Positions 1-11,370 of a DNA stretch of 64,000 bases are shown piece by piece. Where the stretch lies: NCBI RefSeq assembly GCF_009834535.1, contig NC_045697.1, positions 91,328,001 to 91,392,000 on the forward strand, read 5' to 3'. Within the stretch, counting starts at the first letter, position 1. Every line of letters begins with the position of its first letter. Origin of the DNA: Camelus ferus (Eukaryota). The position numbers and the translations under genes were made by a program. The notes below the pieces were generated by a model. It made no database searches. It was given only the letters and a program-made list of their open reading frames with translations, and was not told where the DNA came from.

Positions 1-289
1 CTAGAAACACATGCAGAGAATAATTGACAAAGTCCTTTGAACAACTGACAGATAGTCTAGTGAGGGGACACAAAAAATTACAAATCAGTGAGAGAAGTGA
101 TAATATAGTTATAATACTGAATGTTATGGAAGCTTAGAAAGGGGCAGGCTTTAGGGAGGTAGGGTAAGGCTATTTGGTAGAACTTGAGTGAATTAGGGCC
201 AAAAGAAGGGGTTGTGTAGATAGGGAAGAATGATCCAAGCTTAGGGTTAAGCATTTTCAAAAGTTCTGAATGGATATCACTGAGGAGAT

Positions 290-950
290 GTGAAAAGCCA
301 TGAAGTAGGGGGAGGGTTTGGAAGGAGAACTAGCAAAAGTAAGTAGCTATGTTAATGACACATTCTATCCTGAAGAGTAAACAAGGGGGAAAAGGGCAAT
401 TAATAGTTTTAAATGGGAATGCTGTGATCATATTTTTGCTTTAAAAGAGCACATAGACTATTGAATAGGGAATGAATTAGAGAGGGACAGGATTAGAGGG
501 AGGGAGAGCAGTTAGGTGGTGATGTAAATCACTGAGATGATGATAGTGGCTGTTGGGATGGAAAGGTGAAACCTGATGTAGAAGTGATCTGGGAATAAAC
601 TGGATTGGTGGTGGTGGTGATAATGGAGGAGATGTCAAAGAAAAGCAAGAGTCAAGGACAATGTCTTGGCGCCTGGGTTTGGCAATTGTGGATGGTGGTA
701 CACTAATTGAGTCAGGTGAGGAGGCACAAAGTGGGAGGGAAAATGAGTTCAGTTTGTGATACATTGAGTTTGAACTGCCTGTGGGAGGTCCATTGGGGGT
801 GTTCAGGAAGTTACTGGAGACACAAGTATAGATGTGTGTTTTGGGGGGCAGTCATGAGAGTAGATGAGAACACCAAGAGATATAAGTAGAATGAAAAGAG
901 AATACGGCTTAGGAGGGAACCCTAAGGAAAACCAACATTTAAGAGACTGA
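290..950 (-). mobile_element. Degenerate L2 LINE fragment
   Basis: Purine-rich sequence with typical antisense L2 phrases (e.g. tgagtttgaactgcctgtgggaggtcc); recognised by eye, ends approximate. Confidence 0.6.
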
Positions 951-1289
951 AAGTGAGAAAGCAAATTGACTCAAACCTGGTCTGGGACCGAAATTTTTTG
1001 TGTGATGTAATTTACAACTCCTTCTGGGAAGCAATTAGCATTCCTGATAAAGTGCGTGAACAGTTTTCTGACAGACTTTAATAAGACTGAGAACTCCTTC
1101 TGGGAAGCTAGGGTTACCCATCCAGCTGATTGACTAGCCTAATAATCTTTAACCAGATGTTCTTTTTTCTGTATCCATTCTAAACATGGTTGGTGAACCA
1201 TTCCTTTTTTCTTATAAAATGTCTCAACCAAAATTATTCCTTCAGTTGAATTTTTAAAAAAGCTTCTCATGTACTCAAAAACAATTTGT

Positions 1290-1900
1290 CTGAGGCATGG
1301 CTTTAACAAAAGAGAAAGAGGAGCCTGGAAGAGAATTAGAAGAGTCCAGAGGGGTAGGAGAGAAACCAGTAGAAGACTGTTGAGGTTATAGAAGCCAGGT
1401 GAAAGCATTTTAAGAAACAGGGCATGAACGGACAACAGTGTCAAATGCAAGTGAAAGGTCAAGTAAAAACAAGGATGAGAAATTGCCACTGGATTGAGCA
1501 GTAAGAATGTCAATGATGATCTCTGGCAAGGGCAGTTACACTGGGGTGACTGGGGGGCATAAGTCAGATTTCAGTGGGTTTGAGCGAGTGTACACCATTC
1601 TTTCAAAAAGTGTGACTGTTAAGGGAGGCAGAGGAAGGGAGCCTTGAGATTATTTCCCTTTAGTGGGGACACAAGTATATTTAAATATGCTTGGGAAGGA
1701 GTCGGTAGCCAGGGAAGCAGAAGACACCTGAAAGAGAAGGGAAAGACACCTGAGCTAGAGACCAGAAAAGGTGAACCGTTTTCAGGATTCTGAGCCCAGG
1801 TGGAGGAAATGTCACATGCCATGCCTCCTGTTGTGATAGAAAGGAAGGCGGAGGATGAGCCTGCAGGGAAGATCTGCAGGTTTGGAGGTAGAAGGTCAAA
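1290..1900 (-). mobile_element. Degenerate L2 LINE fragment (continuation)
   Basis: L2-like motifs such as gatctctggcaagggcagttacactggggtga and aagtcagatttcagtggg. Confidence 0.55.
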
Positions 1901-3409
1901 GGCACTCCTGTCCGGTGGCCTCTGTTACATCTGTGGTGTAGGAGGTTTAGGAGTTCTGCTGAACATGTCTGGGTGAGTGGCAGGATGGCAGACTGGGACA
2001 GGAAGAAAGCTCTGAGCAAAATCCCAAGGAGAACGGGAGATTGAACTACCTGGGGAAATTAGTGAGTTCAGGACGTGGTGGAGGATAATGAAGACCTCAT
2101 GCAAACAATCGGCACAGGTCTGTGATTTTCTCCTATGGTGCTTTGAAGTCCTCACTGAGGCAGGAAGACAACTAACCTGCACTGCCTTCAATGAAACTTT
2201 GAAGCTTTGCAGCTTCCTCTGGCCATTGAAATATGACTTCTTAGTTTGGAGCTTAGGCCCTGTTTTCTTCTTACTTTATAGGCACTTCCAATTGATCTCA
2301 TTCACTCCCATGGCTGTCAGTTAACCTCTCTATGCTGATAACTCCTAAACCAGTACTTGCAACCCAGCCTCCCTCTAGAGCACCACACTCCCCATCCCAT
2401 CTGCCTTGTGGGCATCTTCAATTGGGTGATTCCTCAAGCTGAACTCTTCGTATTTCTGCTCTCATTTCCTTTCCTCAGGAATTTCCTTCCTTTCCTTTGC
2501 TCCAGGATTCTCGTTTTCACCATTGCACGCTGCTCAGTGCTCAGTGTCTGTTGGGTTTCAAATGAAGGAATCCACTCAGTTCTCTAAGCCAGAAGCCTGG
2601 GACGCATCTTTTTATTCCAGCTGCTGCTTTACCTCTGACATTCAAGCCATCGCAGACAAATCTTGTCCACAACTAAATGTGCCTCATGGCAAGAAAAAAA
2701 AGTGAATTATCAAACAACTTCAACACAGAAACTTAAGTGTTTGCTTTACCCCCATTTCTTTGCTTCATTAACACTGGAGCTAAACCAGGGGGAAGGGATA
2801 CCTCCCTCCCCGTTTTCTGCCCTCTCTGCATCCTGCCCTCTCAGCCTTAGAGAAAAGGAGAGTCAGTTTTTCATTTGCTAATGATTTGGGCTCAGGTTAT
2901 AATGGGCCATTAAGGTGTTTTGTGGAAGAAAAGAGGAAAATGGAGCTTTCTGGAGGAGGGATAAAGAGACTGTGGGGTACCTGGGATCAGATCCAGGCCT
3001 CACTGAGAAGGGAGGGGCCAAGAAGGACCCTGCGAGGGGCCCGAGTCCTCCCTGACTGTGGCTGGCTCTTTTTTTCTTCTCCCGGCCCCGTGGCTTGAGC
3101 CTCCGCTCTGCATGCAGGGACAGGGCTTGAACCCCTTGACCAGTTCACTGCCCAGCAGGACCTTCGTTTGGTTTCTCCAGATGTTGCTCCCTCCCAGGAT
3201 GACTGCCTCTACCTAGTGGGTGCCCTCCCCAGATGCCACAGGGACCTGCTAAGCCCTACAGACATCTCTCAGGCACCTCCTGGGTTGGGGGAAGGAGCTC
3301 TCACACCCCTGCCTGGAGCGGTGCTGAACTGGGCAAGCTGGAGACCTGTGGAGAGCTGGGCCAGTGTTAACCATGCCTCCATCACAAGCTGATTTGTCTA
3401 CTTGTCTCC

Positions 3410-3880
3410 ATTTTGTGATCAATGGCTATCATCCTAGGCCTCTATGTCTCACCTGGCAACTGCAGAAGCCTCCTCACTAGCTTCCTAATCTCGTGTCTCA
3501 CCTCCACCCCATCCATTCGCCACACAGAAGCCAGAGGTTTTGTCTAAAACAAAAAATGAAACAAACAAAAAAGCAACACTAGGTCCCCATCCCCTTCTCA
3601 TCTGGCTAACATTTATAATCCTTCAGATTTCAGCTCGGATCACTTATCCTGAGGAGCCTTCTCTGACCACCCTCCTCCCACTACCCACACCCCCACGCAG
3701 ACACAAATAGACACACAAGGGATTAGGGGTCCATTATAGGCTTACCCCCACACCTTGTAGTAAACTGTCATCACCTGTTTGTATTTTTAACTGACCTATG
3801 GACAGAGAATAGACCTTCTTCCCTTGTTACTTGCAACCTTGTCTCTCGTGCCTCGCCCTGTGCCTCGAGTGTGGTGGATG
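3410..3880 (+). mobile_element. L2 3' region fragment
   Basis: Pyrimidine-rich L2-like motifs (cctcctcactagcttcct...ccatccattcgccacacagaagccagag). Confidence 0.55.
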
Positions 3881-3895
3881 GAAGTAAGATCGACT

Positions 3896-4074
3896 CAGGT
3901 GGTTCTCATACCTGAGCGTGGATCAGAATTACCTGGAGGGCTTGTTAAAACACCGATTGCTGGATGCCCCTTTCTGATTCAGTAGGTCTGGGTGGGGATG
4001 GAAACAATGGATCTCTGACAAGTTCAGGAGCAGTTGCTGCTGCTGGTTGGAGATCACATTTTGGGTTACCACCG
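3896..4074. mobile_element. MER5A-like hAT-Charlie DNA transposon (MITE)
   Basis: Starts caggtggttctca, contains atcagaattacctggagggcttgttaaaacac and tctgattcagtaggtctggg, and has a degenerate terminal inverted repeat at the end. Confidence 0.75.
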
Positions 4075-6234
4075 ACTGCTCTGCGTCTGGTAAGAGAAGA
4101 CTATAGGGGTAGATTGGAGTGACTTTCCAGATAAGAAGAAAGAACTCATGAGAAATAAGCTTTAGAAGTCTTGGAGGTGGTAGCTAAAATAGATTTGAAT
4201 CTGATATTAAAGATGGCAGAACTCCCCAGTAGTTGACAAGGTGCAGGGAGTAACTATGAGAATACATAGTTGAAGAGACCTGTAGGTGGAGTTACGGCAT
4301 GAAGGCAGGCAAAGACCTGCCAAAAAAATTACTTTACAAAGTAGAATACTGAAATGATATACATGAAAGAAGTGAAAAGGAAGATGGTAAAATGAAATAT
4401 GTGACATCATTCCAATTTTATTAAAAATGCCTAGGAAAAAATCTGAAAATACATGGCATGGTTTATAATAGTTGTCCCAATGGGTGAATTTTATCACCAT
4501 TATTTGCTTTGCTAAATTTTGAAAATTCTATCATCATGTTTTCCTTTCATGATCGAAAAAAGCTTTTCCTATTTTTAACCTTGGTCATTTCCATCTGGCT
4601 GTGTTAAATTATTTTCTCTTCTGTCCCTCTGTCAGAATTGTTTCTCTTTGACATCTTAACTTGTGCTGAAAGTATGAAAATCAACAAAATTAAAACAACG
4701 AAAATCAAAGACAAGCAAAGGAAACAAAAAGGAAAGGAAGAAAGAATCTAAAGGAAAAAATAATTTAGTCAGTCTTGATATCAGCAAGAAAGTATGTCGA
4801 TTACTGGCCTTCCAATCATTCCATATATTGGAAGGTTGTAACCACCTACCTGGAGGGGTTTCCTGGCTGTTCAGGACTGGTGGACTCATCAATTGGTTAG
4901 GCAGGGAACCCTTCTCCTAATCTCTTACCCATCACCTCCTGTTTCTTCTCATGGTTCCCAATGTTACTCTTCCTGTTCAGAGATATACCTGCTTGTCCTT
5001 TTTTGAACTAAATCCTCTCCCACCTAAATAATAACATTCAAAAAAGTTAATAAAAAGTTATTCTTTTCTGTCATATAGTTATTAAGATTAATTAAAAAAA
5101 AAACTTTGTGACAACTTAAGCCCTCTTTATAACAAGGTTTATTTGGGGCATAAATTCAAAGCTCCAAACAGTTAAATACAAACATACTTTTAGAACACAA
5201 CCCATTTTATCCACAAGAGCACTTGTGCAATAAAAATTGTGTATACATTATATGTCATATAATGGTATTTGCCATTTCTCTAAAGGAATGAGACATATAG
5301 GACTTTAGCACATGTACCTACTTCATTTCAAATATGAACAATTCTGAATTTTGTGTCAAGGCCTGACAATTACCTTCAGAGTAGACACAAATGAAAATAA
5401 CTAAACATTATAGGTTTAATCATGTATGACTTCAGAATCAGGAATATGAATATACATTCAAAATTTTACTCCATAGAAATCCATTATTATGGAAGAAAAT
5501 AAAACTGTATGCCTGCAGCAAAATTTAAGGGATGTATAAAATTGTAATTATTACCATGAATACTACTCAGATTAGGAAAGACTAGAATCTTGATATTTCA
5601 ACTATACTGACTACTTTGTACGTATTTTCTTGAATGTCCTTTCATCTCTGATAATAAAGTGTGAATTAACAGGACCATTCTAGAGACTAGGAAATGGTGA
5701 TCATGAGTGATTTGGTAAGTTAAGACAATAAGTGACAGGGGGGAACCAGAAACTCATTTTCCTAATTGCCAGCTTAGTACATTTTATTTTAGACTGTGCT
5801 GTCGCAAGTCAGACCACGTTCCTGTATGCTTGCGGATGGGTTGTATAAAAGTCTCCTTTGTGGTCTGATGGCAAAAGACACCTATTATTTAAAAATATGT
5901 CAATGGCTGATTGTTAATGACGAAATGTTTTTACATGTTGCTTATTGATTCAGGTTGTCCTCCATTTCTTCAAATAATCATCACTTTCTAAGTTTGGTAA
6001 GAACAAGCAGAAATTACTGAATGTTAAAGAGAAAATGGGTGTGATATATCATCTTGTCTATCATGTCAGTGGGAAAACTAAGACCTAAAGAGATTTGTTC
6101 AGAGTCGTGATGTGAGTTGATGGAGTCTCTGGACTCCTAGTCTAGGGCTATTTACAGCACATGGCACTGCCTCAGCGGATCAGTATTCCAAAGCAGTGGC
6201 ATAACTGAGGGATGTTCCTGGAAACATCAGCCTT

Positions 6235-6392
6235 TTTTTTTTTTTAACTTTTTTTATTGTGTTATAGTCATTTTACAATGTTGTGTCAAATTCCAGTGTA
6301 GGGCACAACTTTTCAGTTATACATGAACATACATATATTCATCGTCACATTTTTTTTTCGCTGTGAGCTACCATAAGATCTTGTATATATTT
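6235..6392 (-). mobile_element. 5'-truncated young L1 3' end with poly(A) tail and ~17-bp TSD
   Basis: A poly-T run is followed by L1 3'UTR-like sequence (ttattgtgttatagtcattttacaatgttgtgtcaaattcc). Flanks are ctggaaacatcagcctt (6218-6234) and ctggaaccatcagtctt (6393-6409). Confidence 0.8.
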
Positions 6393-6719
6393 CTGGAACC
6401 ATCAGTCTTGATCAGTGTATCAGTGTTGGGAGTTTGTGTGCCATTTTACCTCTTTATTTTTCTCATCCATTGATTCAGTATACTTTGATTTTGTTGTCTG
6501 ATGTTTGGGGAGTGGGGATAGAAAACAAACAAACAACTAAAGCTAAGTGGCAAACACGATTTAATTTTTTTTTTTTTTTTTTTTTTTTTTTGCGGGGGAA
6601 TGAGTGAAGTAAAGTTGGCAGGAATGTGAAAAAGTTGCAATTTTCCACGGAGAGAAGGCCAAGAAAGAGATATGGGAGGGATAGCCCTCCTACTGCCAGG
6701 GCCGCTGCTGGGCACTTTT

Positions 6720-6900
6720 ATGGAGTTATCTCATTCCTCTTAACTTTTTAGGTAGGGGTTGCTAACCTCTTTTCAGTACTCATGAGAACACTGAGGCTCA
6801 GAGAAGTTTTGTAATTTATTCCACAGCCACACAGCTGATAACCTGTAGAACCAGATCCAATGCAAAGTCTGTCTGGCTAGGAAACCTGTGTCCTCTTACT
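6720..6900 (-). mobile_element. MIR SINE
   Basis: MIR core gagaacactgaggctcagagaagtt...ccacagccacacagctg. Confidence 0.7.
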
Positions 6901-8029
6901 TCAACAATAGAGTATGTATAAGGTGAAATAGTGAAAATAATAACTGCAGTGTAATATCCATAGCAGTAATAATGATAGTTAGCATAGTGCCTTACATATG
7001 TGATCTCTTTGAACAGGATTAAGTGAGCACATGAACAGGACTGATAGAGTATCTGTACTTTTCATTAGTGAAACAAGCAAGGAAGAAAGAGGACATATAC
7101 TTACGATTTCCTTTGGTTTACTTTGTTTTCTGAAACATAATTGAAAGACTCAGTTTTGCAGCATTTATCAGATTATTTTGTTCTTGATGTGGATGGATGG
7201 GTTGGTGTGTGTGACTGTGTGAAACTGAACCTGATACAGTCAGAAGATTTCTTCCAGTGGATAAGTATGCCTTTTGGTTTGATATTCAGTTTTGTAGTGA
7301 TCACTGTTCCTGTTTACTGAATGGGAGTTTTAATCTGTACCCTGGTCTTTTCCCTGTTGAAGCTGAATGTCACATACTCATTTCTTTAGCGGGGGGGTCC
7401 ATGAAAGAAGTTATGTTAACCCCCACAGTACAAGGTTGTATTCCTTGGAAAATCAGTAACCACTCATTTTTACACATAAAAAACCCCCAAATTAATTTCT
7501 GATGACTAATTTTATATTAGTCTGCAACCCCAGTTTTAGCATTAGGCTCAATTCTCATATTTGGAAGGCAATACCTAATTCTGTAATACTGTGTAACAAA
7601 AAGGTGGTGTCAATTTATAAATAATTACTGTCTCCTAATGAATTAATGTTCATTTGCCATGATCATTTCAATACAAACTTAGGTAAAGATATGTTTTGGC
7701 TCCAAAACTGGGTTCTCTGTATTTAAATGTCATTCTAATTCGCAACTCCCTATAGCTTACTACGAAAGAACTATTTATTTTGCCATTCAGCCTAAAAATA
7801 AAACCTCTCACCCAGACTACACTCCTTAAAAGCCACATTTTTTAATCTACATAATTTTAAATTAACTTGAAAGAATCCATTTCTAGGTGCAGTGAAGTCA
7901 AACAAGAGTTGGAACTGGGACAGTTTGAAAGGAATAATTTAAAAGCCCACCACTCTGCTCGGAGACACCTCAAGAATTTCTAGGCTCACAAGGGAAGAGA
8001 AGGAAGAGATTTAAAAAGCTGAACAGTGC

Positions 8030-8720
8030 GTCTCCTTTCGAGCCCCCGCGGATGCAGGCCGGGCCGGCTGCGGCAAGGGCCGCGAAGAGTTAACGAGGGA
8101 CGGAGCCCCCCGCGCCGCAGACTCCCCGCGCACACCCTCCTCCCTCCTGTCCCCACCCTCTCGTTTTGGCAAGGGATTAAAGTGCTCCCCCCTGTGGCAG
8201 CAGTGACCCAGAAATGAGTTTGATTCACACAGTCCTTCCTCCATAACAAGTCAAACGCCCGTCTGAGAGTGCCTCCCTGCGCGAGCGCCGGGTGTGTGCG
8301 CGCCGGCGAGAGCAGGGGCCCGCCCGGCTCTCCGCCCGCCAGCCCGTCCGTCCGCTCGCCCGCCGCGGCCCGAACTCATGCTGCGCGGAGCAAGCAGCGA
8401 GGAGCCCAGCGCCGCGGCCGAACCCCTCCGCAGCAGGTACGCGCGCGGGCCGCGGGGGGCGCGCGGGGAGGGCGCTCCGCGCGAGAGTCCGCGCGTGTCC
8501 GCGTGTGGGTCCGTGTGCGCGTCGGATTCCGCGGCGGCGGTGGCGGCTGCAGGACGAGCCGAGAGGCTCAGCCATATTTGATGGTTTTGTTGCTTTGCTC
8601 GGGAGTTCTCGGGAGTAATTTAATGCCGAAGGTCGCTGCCTAGTGGAAATAATATAGTACGTCATTAATATGGCGCCAAAAGATTGGGTTCTCGATATGT
8701 AGCGAGGAGGGAGGGCAGGC
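8030..8720. promoter_or_regulatory. JADE1: CpG island, 5' part (promoter/exon 1)
   Basis: Very GC-rich and CpG-dense against an AT-rich, CpG-poor background. Confidence 0.9.
8260..8436 (+). other. JADE1: Putative non-coding first exon (start approximate)
   Basis: Lies in the CpG island and ends at the donor CAG|GTACGC (8436/8437). The coding exon at 24955 has an acceptor 26 nt before its ATG, so an upstream exon is required. Confidence 0.65.
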
Positions 8721-9689
8721 AGCCGCCAAGCGCAGCGTTACTATCCCACCAGTAACTTGGGCATTGCTGGGGCGGGGGCCAAAGGAGGAGGAGAGGATGA
8801 TTTTTGGATCCTGAGAATTGATCTATGTTGGGTCAGTAAGTTTTATTATGATTATATTTCAATTTTTTTGGGGGGGGTGAAGACTTAGAGCTTTTTCTTC
8901 TGGTTTTGCGAAGAACATGCGATTTTCAGACGAATCATAAAATTAAACGTATTCAGGAGCAGAAGCCCAGTTTAGTTGCTTTAGTTTATAGCATTTTTAG
9001 AAAAGCCAAAGTGTATTATTAGGTTGTATGAAAGTGGAAAGCATAGTAGCAACTTGGTAGACAGATGGCAATGGCAGAACGCAGGTCCACATACATATAT
9101 GAATCCAGAGTGTGTGTGACCGTGGTGGTGCGGGGGGAAGGGGAGAGGGACGACGACTGTATTTGTCCAAACATAGGTGTGTGTGTATAGGTATATCTGT
9201 ATAGGGTGGCCGCAGCCCTGGCTCTTGTCACCGCGTCACCACATGTCCAAAATATTCATTACATCAATTCAAGGGCAGTGAGCGGGGGTGGGGGGTGAGG
9301 GACAGCTTAGCAATTAGATTCTTCCAAATTGGATTTCCAATGATCAGACCTTTTACTTACAGTGGGACCACCTGTGAAGTGAAAAGCCCTTCATCGGTGA
9401 AATAAGGAGGGAGTTGCATTGGTAGAGCAAAGTACCGATTAACCATGAACTTAAAACGGATTGCAAATTGCAACCTTTGGCACCGTCTGCAAATTGTGGG
9501 GGTGTCGCTTGGTCTTCACTGCCTGAAATGAACGTGCAGTGTGCACCCCGGGACTGCAAGTTGCAAAGCCCTTCAGTGCACGTGTCTTGTGCCTGTGAGT
9601 GTGTATTTGTGAGTTGGGAGCTGTTGTTCGGTAGCCAGCAGGCTTTCCGGGTTGTTGGCGCTGGCTTGCAAATGCGGGAGAGGGATGGA

Positions 9690-11370
9690 ATGTGGAATGT
9701 TGACCGGGGAACCGAATCCTGTCGGAACGGTCCCATTTGCTGGAGAAATTCGATCCCCTCCACCTCCTTCCCGCTCTCCCCCGCCCGCCTGCGGGTTGGA
9801 GGCGGGGCCGAGGACGCCGCTGCTGCTCAAAGTGGCGGAGCGCGGCGGCGGGAGGCAGGTGCACGGCACCCGCCAGTGGGGGTGCCTCAACTTCCGCGGG
9901 CGTTTAAATAGCAGCCTCTCTCCCCTCCCACCGGTAATAGGTGACCTGGCGGCCGAGGGCGGCGGGGCGGAAGGGACGGGGGAGACCCGGGAGCGAAGCT
10001 TCGCGGCACGTGGGCAGGTGCTGGGTGGCCCCGGGGCCAACTTTTGTGGCCCGCCTCTGGCGTTGGAGGAGAGGCGGCTCCATGTGGAAATGGGGGCGGG
10101 CGGCGGCTGAGGCGCTTTCTCCGCCGCGGCGGGAGCTTCACTTAACGGTCCCAGCAGCGCCGCCGGGGCCCGGGGTGGGGGTCTTCGGGGGCGGGGACGC
10201 CAGCCCACCGCGCCCGCGCCGCGGGAACCCCGCACAAAGCCCGCGGCGCGGGGGCGGCCACCGCGCCCCCGCCCAGGGAACGGCCCGAAGCCGGTCGCCA
10301 TCCCCGTGGTGATTCTGGCGGGCAGGCGCAGGCGTTTGTTTGTTGGTTCCGCGCCGCCTTCCTCGCCGGATGGCTTCCTGTGACAGAGGTGATACACAGT
10401 TTCCAGAACTGTCTGGGGGCGGGAGCGGGAGCCGAGCCCGCTCGGGGCTGCTCGCCGCCGTCGCCGCTGCTCCCATAGCACAACCGTTTCTCGCCGGCGC
10501 ACCCGCCCCAGCCCTTAGGTGCCGCCCGGGAGGGACTCGGGGAGGGGGACGGCGCGGCGTTTTCCAGCGGCTCCAGTGGCTTCTGGACGCGAGGGAGCAT
10601 TTGATTTGCAATTGGGGCCGAGCGGATTGGTGCAGCTGGCGGCGGCGGGGCGGGAGGAGCGGCGGTGGCGGCCGCGGGGGGGGGGGTGGCCACTTTCAAA
10701 TGGAGAGGGCGGCGGCGGGGACGCCGCTGCGGAGAAAGCGGGGCTTGGTTGCGCCACGAGAAGGTGTCATCACTGCATCGGGGCTAATTCCGGCGGAGGT
10801 GCCGGGAGTTACTTTCCCCTCCTCCCGCGCTGTTGTTTCTGTCGCCTTGGGAGGAGAAGGAGGGAGGGAGGAGGGGGGCGGCGCCGCCGCGCTGAGCCGG
10901 GCCCTGCGCAAACCCCGGCGGGCGGCGGCGGGAGCCGCGCGGTGCGTTCTTCGGTGCAGGGCGGCGGCCCAGCTCGCCCCTCCCCAGGATCCCCCCCTTC
11001 CTGGGGTCCTCAGTTTTCTGTCTCCAGCCCACCCGCACTCTCCCCGCTTCCACATTGGCTTCGCGTCCCTGGGTCCTCCGCCCTGGCTCTCGGCGCCCCA
11101 GGTTCCCCCCCTCCCCAGCTGTCCCTCCCCTCCCCAGCCTTCCCCCCCTCTCCGGGCTTTCCCACCCCGGGCTCCCCCTCGCGGGGGCGGCCGCAGTCCC
11201 GGCGCCCGGTGAATGAAGCGAGCAAACAAAAAAGCGGGCGATTTAAACGTGCCTTCGAAACCCGTTAGGAATGCGTCGTCACCCGGAGACCGTTTAAAAG
11301 CAGCTTTGACTGGCTTTCTAATAACGAGGAGGCAGGCGCCCCACCTCGCCACGGCGGGGGCGAGGGTCTG
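9690..11370. promoter_or_regulatory. JADE1: CpG island, 3' part (probably further alternative promoters/first exons)
   Basis: About 1.7 kb of CpG-dense, GC-rich sequence with GC boxes and inverted CCAAT boxes near 10610-10630. Confidence 0.85.

Noticed and set aside
1..8000. Possible upstream lncRNA (a JADE1-adjacent lncRNA is described in human)
   Set aside because: No sequence evidence I can recognise; the region is mostly L2/MIR/MER remnants.
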